64,000 nt of DNA from positions 9,666 through 73,665 of the IMG/VR virus record IMGVR_UViG_3300025398_000635. One strand, 5' to 3'. Source of the stretch: a virus. Its lineage: Duplodnaviria > Caudoviricetes. The notes beneath the pieces were generated by a model. That model had not been told where the DNA came from and did not search any database. It saw only the letters and a list, made by a program, of their open reading frames with translations. The first letter of the stretch is position 1. Each line of letters starts with the position of its first letter. Made by a program: the position numbers and the translations under genes. Shown piece by piece: positions 19,862 through 26,917 of the stretch.

Positions 19862-19870
19862 AAAGGTTCC

Positions 19871-19946
19871 TGGTAGGACGTGACGGGTTCGAACCGCCGA
19901 CATTCACGGTGTAAACGTGACGCTCTACCAACTGAGCTAACGTCCT
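19871..19946 (-). tRNA. trnV: tRNA-Val(UAC)
   Basis: Canonical cloverleaf with CCA. Confidence 0.95.
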
Positions 19947-19952
19947 AGATTC

Positions 19953-20186
19953 TTATTTTACTTTTTTAAAGTACTCTTGACCTTCGATCTGGCCATTTTG
20001 TAATTCTAGTAGTGCTGTGACAATAGTATGTGTATATTCATACTGAGTACTGGTCTTGTGATGACGACGTAGTTCTCGAGCGCGAGCACTAGCAGCCAAA
20101 ATCATATCGTACATACCAGTGCCCATAAGACGTACACACTTTTCACGATCAATTTCTGGGCCACGACTTGGAATTAGCTTTTTCAT
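19953..20186 (-). CDS. rpoZ: RNA polymerase omega subunit-like protein
   Basis: YDMILAASARAREL...IVTALLEL..G matches omega FDLVL.AA.RAR....V.AL.EI..G. Confidence 0.65.
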   Translation of the reverse strand: MKKLIPSRGPEIDREKCVRLMGTGMYDMILAASARARELRRHHKTSTQYEYTHTIVTALLELQNGQIEGQEYFKKVK

Positions 20187-20208
20187 ATAGATCCTTAGTT
20201 AAAACATT

Positions 20209-20237
20209 ATTGTAACATCATTACGCCGGAATGTCAA
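20209..20237 (-). promoter_or_regulatory. sigma70 promoter TTGACA-N17-TACAAT for the rpoZ-like gene
   Basis: Near-consensus. Confidence 0.75.
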
Positions 20238-20803
20238 ACATATTGTATATCAGCAGCCAAAATAAATCTATAGTCTTTACTTTGTGCAATGCCAGGTCTA
20301 TGCCATTGATTACTTGGATAAATTAACCAAGAATATTCTGTAGGACGTACAAAAAACTTTCCATCACCTTCTGGACCATTTGGTGCCATTTCAGTTCCGC
20401 ATGTATCACGATCTTCAACATCTGTAGGAATGTGTAGATAGTATATGCCGCTGATACTGTTACCACCATGTTTGTCATGATGATGCCAGTAGCTATCTCT
20501 ATTTTCCTGTGTATCTGTATTGGTCATAAAACTCCAAGCCATCATATTGGAAACCTTGACTTCGTGACCCAGATACATGAACACACTCATTAAAAAACTC
20601 ATGCGATACTTTAACCAAACTGGTTCTTTACGGGCAAAGATATTTTCTTTGGTTTGAAATTTTGGGGAATTTTCAAAGTAATTACCGCTGTCAATTATGT
20701 CTTTAATAACAAACATAGCCTGCCAGTTGTCATCCTCTGTAATTATACTAGAGAAATCATACTTTTTAAAAGTATCGTTAGAATCAATTATAGTGTGCAT
20801 CAA
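20234..20803 (-). CDS. 2OG-Fe(II) oxygenase-like protein
   Basis: WHHHD...SGIYYL...YPSNQWHRP...RFILAAD. Confidence 0.65.
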   Translation of the reverse strand: MMHTIIDSNDTFKKYDFSSIITEDDNWQAMFVIKDIIDSGNYFENSPKFQTKENIFARKEPVWLKYRMSFLMSVFMYLGHEVKVSNMMAWSFMTNTDTQENRDSYWHHHDKHGGNSISGIYYLHIPTDVEDRDTCGTEMAPNGPEGDGKFFVRPTEYSWLIYPSNQWHRPGIAQSKDYRFILAADIQYV

Positions 20804-21060
20804 GCAGTACGATGGATTAAGTGAAAACCAAACTGTGTTTGCACAGGCTGGCTAATAGAGCCAACAGGGGTTGCTAGAGTAGCATCTTCAAAAGGCTTAA
20901 CCATTTGGCCTGGACCAAAATCTCCTAGATCACCGCCACGAGCTTTGCTTGGGCATGAGCTATGTTGCATGGCCAGTTGACCGAAATTTAAAGGTGTTGC
21001 CTGTTCACGTAGTGATGTTGCTTGTTCTAATGTTGATACTAAAATATGACTTGCTTTCAT
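20800..21060 (-). CDS. ppiC: Parvulin-type peptidyl-prolyl isomerase
   Basis: ASHILV, HSSCPS..RGGDLG, GQMVKPFE, TQFGFHLI. Confidence 0.92.
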   Translation of the reverse strand: MKASHILVSTLEQATSLREQATPLNFGQLAMQHSSCPSKARGGDLGDFGPGQMVKPFEDATLATPVGSISQPVQTQFGFHLIHRTA

Positions 21061-21083
21061 GTTTTTTCCTTTTTATAAAACTT

Positions 21084-21160
<77 letters not shown>

Positions 21161-21162
21161 AA

Positions 21163-21321
21163 TTATCTGCCTCTACCTGCTGATTTTTTAGCAGGTTTAT
21201 TAACAATAACTTGATTGCCTCCGGCTGCCTTAGCGATGTCGCCCTTATTCTTTTTACTGCTTTGATTTCGACTAGCATTTTTCTTTTCTAATGCCGCTTT
21301 CAAAATATCACTAGTTCCCAT
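21163..21321 (-). CDS. Small basic protein (52 aa, MGTSDILKAALEKK...)
   Basis: Hand-called; GGAGA RBS. Confidence 0.65.
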   Translation of the reverse strand: MGTSDILKAALEKKNASRNQSSKKNKGDIAKAAGGNQVIVNKPAKKSAGRGR

Positions 21322-21331
21322 ACTATCTCCT

Positions 21332-21405
21332 TGGAGCGGGATATCGGAATCGAACCGATGACGAAAGATTGGAAATCTTTAGTTTTGCCCCTAAACTAAT
21401 CCCGC
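21332..21405 (-). tRNA. trnG: tRNA-Gly(UCC)
   Basis: Cloverleaf with CCA. Confidence 0.95.
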
Positions 21406-21413
21406 ATAATACT

Positions 21414-21489
21414 TGGTGCCCCTTGTCCGACTCGAACAGACCACCTACTGATTACAAATCAGTTGCTCTACCAGATGAGCTAAAGGGGC
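21414..21489 (-). tRNA. trnT: tRNA-Thr(UGU)
   Basis: Cloverleaf with CCA. Confidence 0.95.
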
Positions 21490-21497
21490 AAAAATTA

Positions 21498-21731
21498 TTA
21501 CTCTGCTACTACTTCTTCTACCGCCGACTCCACCACTTCTTCTACAACAGCCGGAGCCTTGTAGCTTGGAAGACTTTTCATAAATGCAATTCTGCGTTGG
21601 ATCATTGCCACGTGCTTTTTACGAGCACCACTTAGCAATTTTTCTAATTGCTCAATATTCAATGGCCCTAAACGAGTTTTACCGTTACGGGTTAGCATTG
21701 TACTTTTTGTTTTTTGTTTTGCGGCTGCCAT
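21498..21731 (-). CDS. Small hypothetical protein, basic N-terminus and acidic tail
   Basis: ORF with AGGAA RBS. Confidence 0.65.
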   Translation of the reverse strand: MAAAKQKTKSTMLTRNGKTRLGPLNIEQLEKLLSGARKKHVAMIQRRIAFMKSLPSYKAPAVVEEVVESAVEEVVAE

Positions 21732-21752
21732 AGTGTTTCCTTATTGTTTATT

Positions 21753-21896
21753 TTACTTAGTTTTAGGCTTTTTGTCTACTGGTCGTTTATGATCTTTTGT
21801 TTTTTTATTGCCAAAAATTTTATCCCAATTTTGATCAAAAACTTCTTTAGGCACAGTAAATGGTCTTGCCTTACTACCTTTTCCGCCGTCACTCAT
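21753..21896 (-). CDS. Small phage protein (47 aa, MSDGGKGSKARPF...NWDKIF)
   Basis: Hand-called; AGGAGA RBS; GGKGS.RP motif I associate with phage micro-proteins. Confidence 0.65.
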   Translation of the reverse strand: MSDGGKGSKARPFTVPKEVFDQNWDKIFGNKKTKDHKRPVDKKPKTK

Positions 21897-21908
21897 AATG
21901 ATCTCCTA

Positions 21909-22295
21909 CTATCTTTTTAATCCTCTTGCTTGTCTACCGTTACCTTTGTTTTTAGCAACAAACGTATCTGTTTGACTGTGGCAATTAGGACACATAAGTC
22001 TCAAATTCTTTGGAGTGTTATTACTAGCATCTCCGTCTATATGATCTAATTGTAATGCCAACGGCTGGTTATTGTAAACCCCAGTATTGCCACATTCAAC
22101 ACATTGATATCCAAATAGGTGTTTTAAAATTCGATGTAATGTTCTTCTATTAGAAACTTCACCTTTTTTAAATTTGGGCAAAGTTTCGTGTTCTAATTGA
22201 TAATCTTGTTGACAAGCATTATTACAATACTTGTTCATATGATTCTTCTTTTTTACATTTTCTTTTTTACAACTAATACATTTAAAATATTCCAT
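21909..22295 (-). CDS. HNH endonuclease with Zn-binding Cys motifs
   Basis: CxxC, LQLDHIDG...N...NLRLMCPNCH. Confidence 0.92.
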   Translation of the reverse strand: MEYFKCISCKKENVKKKNHMNKYCNNACQQDYQLEHETLPKFKKGEVSNRRTLHRILKHLFGYQCVECGNTGVYNNQPLALQLDHIDGDASNNTPKNLRLMCPNCHSQTDTFVAKNKGNGRQARGLKR

Positions 22296-22296
22296 T

Positions 22297-22333
22297 ATGT
22301 AGTCCTCTGTACTATTTATACAGAGCTCTACAT
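22297..22333 (-). promoter_or_regulatory. Hairpin with T4 late promoter TATAAATA at the loop and the HNH RBS (GAGGA) in the stem
   Basis: ATGTAG-AG-CTCTGTA-TAAATAG-TACAGAG-GA-CTACAT. Confidence 0.8.
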
Positions 22334-22347
22334 TTTCTACTAATTAA

Positions 22348-22423
22348 TGGTGGAGGTGACAGGACTTGAACCCGCTACCTTGACCTTGCAAAGGTCCTGC
22401 TCTACCAGATGAGCTACACCCCC
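22348..22423 (-). tRNA. trnA: tRNA-Ala(UGC)
   Basis: G3:U70 pair, cloverleaf, CCA. Confidence 0.95.
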
Positions 22424-22471
22424 ATTATTCTTAAAACACTACATTTAAAACTTGGCTCCCCGTGAATCTAT

Positions 22472-23236
22472 TTAATTTTTTACTAACAAGAATGTTTTAG
22501 ATGTGGTTTGGACCCCGCCGTATTGGTCATCTATTACTTCTAATATTTGGCATCCTGCATCTTCAGCTAATTCATCTATTAACTGTTCTGTAAGGGCATG
22601 CATTTCTATAAACGCATCAGTGCCTTTTAACCGATGGTATGCTAGATGTTGATCAAGGCTGAATTGATATGGTCCATTTAATTGACTATCAGTTAATATT
22701 TGAAAATAAGCAATACCATTAGATTTAAGATTTCCCAAAGCTACATCTAACGTGTATAGTTGTATAGGTGGTGTATTATGCTGTAAGGTTATTACAGAAT
22801 AAAAACAATCATAATCAACTATATTCTTAACATCAGTATATTTTTCTATTAATCTAGTCGATACATTGGTAATACTGTGATTACTAAGATAGTCTTGACA
22901 TATTGCTAAATTATGCTGATCGATATCTGTCGCTGTAATACTATCAAAAACAGTGGACAGCTGACTAGTAACACGTCCGACACCGCAACCTAATTCAAAA
23001 CAATGTCCCGAAGGTGTTAGACCATTACGGTCGCATGCTGTTAGAAAATCTTCTAGATAATCTCCGCCAGATTGATAAAACTGTTTTATCTTGTCTTGAT
23101 CCGACAAACTAATAAATTCGTCTTTGGCCAATACTGACCAATATGGCAAGTTTTGACTTACAAGACTGTACTGAGTACGAGTTATATCAAATAACTGATT
23201 GAGTATCGAATGTGATGCTGTAACATCTATCTTCAT
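22472..23236 (-). CDS. Class I SAM-dependent methyltransferase
   Basis: FELGCGVGRV, TATDID, YSVITLQH; start moved to ATG 23236 after tRNA-Asn. Confidence 0.85.
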   Translation of the reverse strand: MKIDVTASHSILNQLFDITRTQYSLVSQNLPYWSVLAKDEFISLSDQDKIKQFYQSGGDYLEDFLTACDRNGLTPSGHCFELGCGVGRVTSQLSTVFDSITATDIDQHNLAICQDYLSNHSITNVSTRLIEKYTDVKNIVDYDCFYSVITLQHNTPPIQLYTLDVALGNLKSNGIAYFQILTDSQLNGPYQFSLDQHLAYHRLKGTDAFIEMHALTEQLIDELAEDAGCQILEVIDDQYGGVQTTSKTFLLVKN

Positions 23237-23241
23237 AATGC

Positions 23242-23317
23242 TGGCTCCCCAACCAGGACTTGAACCTGGGACCAACAGATTAACAGTCTGCTGCTCTACC
23301 GACTGAGCTATCGGGGA
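23242..23317 (-). tRNA. trnN: tRNA-Asn(GUU)
   Basis: Cloverleaf with CCA. Confidence 0.95.
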
Positions 23318-23324
23318 ATAATCC

Positions 23325-23528
23325 TTACTCTATTACAGTTGCACTTGTACTAGTTTGAGCGTAGTTACCGCCTGGACGCTCTTTCTTAACTGTCTTTGGT
23401 ACAACTGCCGCATATAATTCTGCTTCAATTAAACACTTCTTCCATGCACCGCGCTTATTTTTGTCAGTGAATGTGGCTAATTGTCTTTTTGAATCTTTAC
23501 TTAGGTTAAACGTCTTACCTGGTTTCAT
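23325..23528 (-). CDS. Small hypothetical protein
   Basis: ORF between tRNAs, AAGGT RBS. Confidence 0.6.
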   Translation of the reverse strand: MKPGKTFNLSKDSKRQLATFTDKNKRGAWKKCLIEAELYAAVVPKTVKKERPGGNYAQTSTSATVIE

Positions 23529-23549
23529 AATTTACCTTTTTTTAAATTT

Positions 23550-23643
23550 TGGCGGAGAACGAGGGATTCGAACCCTCGATACAGGTTTAAGCCCGTATGC
23601 CTCCTTAGCAGGGAGGTGCCTTCGACCACTCGGCCAGCTCTCC
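23550..23643 (-). tRNA. trnS: tRNA-Ser(GCU)
   Basis: Long variable arm, G73, CCA. Confidence 0.95.
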
Positions 23644-23644
23644 G

Positions 23645-23791
23645 TTATCTTGTTACCTTACGTATTAATTTATACCAATAAAATTTTATACCCCTAAAAG
23701 ATGGCAGCCAGGAAAAAAAATCAAAATCGCTAGCTACTTCTTTCGGGATACTTCCATAGGCCTTGTTTAATGTATCGTCTTGCTTTGACAT
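23645..23791 (-). CDS. Small hypothetical protein (48 aa, MSKQDDTLNKAYG...)
   Basis: Hand-called; AAGGAAG RBS. Confidence 0.55.
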   Translation of the reverse strand: MSKQDDTLNKAYGSIPKEVASDFDFFSWLPSFRGIKFYWYKLIRKVTR

Positions 23792-23808
23792 ACGACTTCC
23801 TTAGTTAT

Positions 23809-23893
23809 TGGTAGGACTGGGCGGGGTCGAACCGCCATGGCGTGAGCCGCAGCATTTTAAGTGCTGTGAGTATACCTGTTTCTCCACAGTCCC
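23809..23893 (-). tRNA. trnL: tRNA-Leu(UAA)
   Basis: Variable arm, A73, CCA. Confidence 0.9.
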
Positions 23894-23897
23894 GTTT

Positions 23898-24206
23898 TTA
23901 TTTCCACAACTTCAGCAAGTTAATAAACTCGGGGAAGTCATTATTATAACGTGGACACAAGGCAATAGCAAGCTCTGCATTGTCCATACGGCTTTCAGTA
24001 ACCACGACGTGATCGCTTAGTTGTTTAATCATAGCATACTCTGCAGGCGTTACTGCACATGTTACTTTCTTAAAACTCGAAGCTAGCCAATCATGCATCA
24101 CAGGTTTATCTTTAAATTCTAAGTAGCACATAAGTCCTGCATGTGCCGCGGCATTCATTGCCATGCCCGGAGCAGTACCTTCTTTGATACAAATATACAT
24201 CTTCAT
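23898..24206 (-). CDS. Peptidyl-tRNA hydrolase, Pth2 family
   Basis: MYICIK...G.A....AHA; W....FKKVTCAV; E....T..AIALCP. Confidence 0.7.
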   Translation of the reverse strand: MKMYICIKEGTAPGMAMNAAAHAGLMCYLEFKDKPVMHDWLASSFKKVTCAVTPAEYAMIKQLSDHVVVTESRMDNAELAIALCPRYNNDFPEFINLLKLWK

Positions 24207-24352
24207 TCTTCAACTCCAAAATGTTGTTTAAACAGGTCGAGCCGGATACTGTTATCTTTATACACACGAGATACTTCAACACCGTTCTCTACTACGGTGG
24301 TCATATCATCCCAGATGATGGTAGCACGATAGTTTAACTCTGGCTCGTTCAT
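24203..24352 (-). CDS. Small hypothetical protein (49 aa)
   Basis: Hand-called; coupled to neighbours by ATGA overlaps. Confidence 0.55.
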   Translation of the reverse strand: MNEPELNYRATIIWDDMTTVVENGVEVSRVYKDNSIRLDLFKQHFGVEE

Positions 24353-24606
24353 TCTTCGAATCCTAAAACTGAAATTTTCTTAACCATATCACCTAACCGT
24401 AGTTCCACATATAAACGACGCTCGTCTCCGTTAAACATTCCGTCGCTAACTACAGCCGTATTGGCGATTTCATTAAACAATAACTCGGCGAACTTATCCA
24501 AGTATTCTTCAGGAGTATAGTTGTCTATCATTTCTCTGCCACTATCGTCCCATAATGTAAATCCTATACCAGCATCGAGAGCAAGTTTTTTAATCTTCTC
24601 GTTCAT
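24349..24606 (-). CDS. Hypothetical phage protein (MNEKIKKLA...)
   Basis: ORF, coupled start. Confidence 0.6.
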   Translation of the reverse strand: MNEKIKKLALDAGIGFTLWDDSGREMIDNYTPEEYLDKFAELLFNEIANTAVVSDGMFNGDERRLYVELRLGDMVKKISVLGFEE

Positions 24607-24830
24607 TGTGTTCTCCGCTTCATCCAAGTGTAATCTACGCCATCTGGTGTTTTACCATTAACTACTGCATCTACTCCCGGCTTGCCAATTGAGTTAGGAT
24701 TTTCACTAACCATTGTGACAAATGTACGGCCTAGTGACCGATGGAATTGTGTAGCAGATAATGCTACACTCATATCCTCAAACACTTCTGCATGCGGAGT
24801 ATCGTCTACTGTGTAATATACTTTAAACAT
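24603..24830 (-). CDS. Hypothetical phage protein
   Basis: ORF directly after a promoter. Confidence 0.65.
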   Translation of the reverse strand: MFKVYYTVDDTPHAEVFEDMSVALSATQFHRSLGRTFVTMVSENPNSIGKPGVDAVVNGKTPDGVDYTWMKRRTQ

Positions 24831-24835
24831 TCTTT

Positions 24836-24864
24836 ATTATACTTTCTCTATCTGTGTATGTCAT
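24836..24864 (-). promoter_or_regulatory. sigma70 promoter ATGACA-N17-TATAAT
   Basis: Near-consensus. Confidence 0.65.
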
Positions 24865-24870
24865 TTTATT

Positions 24871-24946
24871 TGGCGTCCCCCCACGGTGACGATCCGCGCT
24901 CTTCGGTTTTGGAGACCGATGTTCTGCCAACATGAACTAGGGAGAC
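24871..24946 (-). tRNA. trnW: tRNA-Trp(CCA) with atypical T-loop (AUCGUCA)
   Basis: Anticodon arm UCGGU-CUCCAAA-ACCGA, G73, CCA. Confidence 0.85.
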
Positions 24947-24950
24947 AATT

Positions 24951-25040
24951 TGGCGGAAACGGTGAGATTCGAACTCACGGAGCTTTTACACTCGACAGTT
25001 TTCAAGACTGTTGCAATAAACCGGACTCTGCCACATTTCC
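24951..25040 (-). tRNA. trnS: tRNA-Ser(UGA)
   Basis: Long variable arm, G73, CCA. Confidence 0.95.
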
Positions 25041-25045
25041 AATAT

Positions 25046-25119
25046 TGGTTGCGGGACCTGGAATCGCACCAGGGACTAGGGCTTATGAGACCCTCGAGAT
25101 ACTCCTTCTCTATCCCGCG
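25046..25119 (-). tRNA. trnfM: Initiator tRNA-fMet(CAU)
   Basis: C1:A72 mismatch, three G:C pairs in the anticodon stem. Confidence 0.85.
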
Positions 25120-25128
25120 ATAGATTAG

Positions 25129-25226
25129 TAACTGTTATTGTTGTGTCGGGAAACAGTTAAACCCCGTGAGCGCAGCCCATCCTGTTTTCGCGTCAGCGGA
25201 TGCGGAATATGATTACAGGTCCGCAT
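25129..25226 (-). ncRNA. Candidate structured RNA with pseudoknot potential
   Basis: ATGCGGA/TCCGCAT stem whose loop CCTGT pairs with downstream ACAGG; second stem TAACTGTT/AACAGTTA. Confidence 0.35.
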
Positions 25227-25233
25227 TAAATTT

Positions 25234-25318
25234 TGGTGCCCCCCAAGGGACTCGAACCCTCACACCTTGCGATACCAGAACCTAAATCTGGCGCGTCTAC
25301 CAATTTCGCCAAAGGGGC
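25234..25318 (-). tRNA. trnL: tRNA-Leu(UAG)
   Basis: Variable arm, CCA; late box TATAAGTA at 25326-25333. Confidence 0.95.
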
Positions 25319-25336
25319 ATGCTTTTACTTATACTA

Positions 25337-25547
25337 TTAGTTGTATTGTCATGTTATGGACTAGGCCCAACCCTAGTCGTTTGCTTTTACTGTCCTATGC
25401 TTACTATATGGGATGATCAGTCCGATCTCGTCATAGTCCAACTCGCGTTAGTTAGTCCACAGTCTAGGACCGTAGCATTTGCCGGCTCTCCCTAACGTTG
25501 AAAGTGCATTATGCGATACACGCATTTTTCCATAACAATACAACTAA
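25337..25547 (-). ncRNA. Candidate 211-nt structured ncRNA directly after tRNA-Glu CCA
   Basis: Long terminal helix (TTAGTTGTATT..GTTATGGA / TCCATAAC..AATACAACTAA), internal hairpins, no credible ORF. Confidence 0.55.
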
Positions 25548-25623
25548 TGGCGCTCCCAGCGAGATTCGAACTCGCGTACTCACCGTGAAAGGGTGATGTC
25601 CTAGGCCTCTAGACGATGGGAGC
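25548..25623 (-). tRNA. trnE: tRNA-Glu(UUC)
   Basis: Cloverleaf with CCA. Confidence 0.95.
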
Positions 25624-25667
25624 CATGTACTACTTGAATTGTTAATGAACTTAACTACTAAACAACT

Positions 25668-25696
25668 ATTATACATATTAGTTAGGTTAATGTCAA
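25668..25696 (-). promoter_or_regulatory. sigma70 promoter TTGACA-N17-TATAAT upstream of tRNA-Glu
   Basis: Perfect consensus. Confidence 0.85.
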
Positions 25697-25703
25697 CCTT
25701 TAT

Positions 25704-25780
25704 TGGCCGGCCCTGAGAGATTCGAACTCCCAACCGCTGGTTTCGAAGACCAGAACTCTATCCAATTGAGCTAAGGGCCG
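25704..25780 (-). tRNA. trnR: tRNA-Arg(UCG)
   Basis: Cloverleaf with CCA. Confidence 0.93.
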
Positions 25781-26357
25781 TTAATTTGAATATGCCCTCA
25801 ACGCCTGTGCTAGACCATCCGGGATAATCTTCTAATTTAAATATTTTTCCTTTACTGTCATTTACACAATCTTCTTTGAGAAGAATGTGTGTATTTAAAT
25901 TATATTTCTGAATAATATTAAAGAGTGATTCGTATCCTAACGGTCTGACACGTACACATATGTCCATAGCGCCACCACACATATAAATGTTATCTATTTG
26001 ATTATTCTTTATAAACATTTCAAATTCCCACGGATAATGCATGGCGATTTGTTGTTTTTTGCTAGACCAATTTAATATAATTTTATCAGTTCTTTGAAAT
26101 GATTTAGGGTCCACGTTTGCTAATATATTTTTATTATTGTATAATTCCTCACCTAATAATTTTAGACTATTAGCATGCCATATTGTATTTGATTCATCGA
26201 TAGAATCATACGTTGCTAGTATAATAGTTTTAATATTGTCATTAGATTCTACAAATTTTTTAATTTTGTTGAACAGGATATAGTCGTAGTCAAATGGAAT
26301 TTTAAACTTCGACAACCATGTTTCCCAACAATCGATTAATATAGCGATATCATTCAT
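25758..26357 (-). CDS. Isochorismatase/cysteine-hydrolase-like protein; ends inside tRNA-Arg
   Basis: ILIDCW...IYMCGGAMDICV; start moved to ATG 26357. Confidence 0.5.
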   Translation of the reverse strand: MNDIAILIDCWETWLSKFKIPFDYDYILFNKIKKFVESNDNIKTIILATYDSIDESNTIWHANSLKLLGEELYNNKNILANVDPKSFQRTDKIILNWSSKKQQIAMHYPWEFEMFIKNNQIDNIYMCGGAMDICVRVRPLGYESLFNIIQKYNLNTHILLKEDCVNDSKGKIFKLEDYPGWSSTGVEGIFKLTALSSIG

Positions 26358-26378
26358 AATGTTACTTATTAAGAGTAA

Positions 26379-26461
26379 TGGTGCCCCTGACGGGATTCGA
26401 ACCCGCAACCTAACTGTCTCTTGAACAGCCGCGTCTTCCTAGTATATTGCGCCACAGGGGC
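26379..26461 (-). tRNA. Atypical Leu-like tRNA (anticodon AAG in a 7-nt loop, or CAA in a 9-nt loop)
   Basis: Perfect acceptor and T arms and CCA; enlarged D loop; C33; short variable region. Confidence 0.7.
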
Positions 26462-26463
26462 AT

Positions 26464-26558
26464 TGGTAGTAGATAAAGGTTACGATCCTTTCCGTTGCAG
26501 CCCATCTGACCACTCTCCCAGGTTTATAAAACCTAGCCGCACACCAGTGCTATCTACC
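26464..26558 (-). tRNA. Atypical tRNA with UAU anticodon and long variable arm
   Basis: 7-bp acceptor, 4-bp D stem with 4-nt loop, 6-bp anticodon stem, about 26-nt V region, T-loop AUCGUAA, CCA. Confidence 0.7.
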
Positions 26559-26566
26559 GTTGTATT

Positions 26567-26643
26567 TGGGGTGGCTGATGGGAATCGAACCCACGAGTAT
26601 CGGAATCACAATCCGAGGTCTTAACCGCTTGACGACAGCCACC
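26567..26643 (-). tRNA. trnH: tRNA-His(GUG)
   Basis: G-1:C73, CCA. Confidence 0.95.
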
Positions 26644-26704
26644 ATTGTGTAGGGCTTCCACCTACTCCCACCTCGCTTTAAAGTCTGCGTGTCCAAGACT
26701 TAAT

Positions 26705-26779
26705 TGGTCCGGCTAGGAAGAATCGAACTTCCGTTACAAGATTAGAAGTCTCGTGTATTATCCACTATACGATAGCCAG
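26705..26779 (-). tRNA. trnR: tRNA-Arg(UCU)
   Basis: Cloverleaf with CCA. Confidence 0.92.
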
Positions 26780-26782
26780 GTT

Positions 26783-26856
26783 TGGCAGGGGATATAAGAA
26801 TCGAACTTATACTGAGGGAATCAAAATCCCGTGTGCTACCACTACACCAATCCCCA
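26783..26856 (-). tRNA. trnQ: tRNA-Gln(UUG)
   Basis: Cloverleaf, weak 1:72 pair, G73, CCA. Confidence 0.92.
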
Positions 26857-26863
26857 ATTGAAA

Positions 26864-26907
26864 TAAAAAACTCCCCGCAGTGTGCTGTCTATGACAAGCA
26901 GGGGGAG
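26864..26907 (-). terminator. Terminator-like hairpin after the HNH gene
   Basis: CTCCCC...GGGGAG followed by TTTTTT. Confidence 0.55.
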
Positions 26908-26917
26908 GTGTGTGTTC

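Noticed and set aside
23713-23720. Homopolymer frameshift in the small ORF 23645..23791
   Set aside because: Eight T residues keep the frame open to a sensible stop.
26464-26558. Ochre suppressor (UUA) reading of this tRNA, or a recoded genetic code
   Set aside because: The best 7-nt loop centres on UAU; genes tile densely under the standard code with TAA, TAG and TGA all used as stops.
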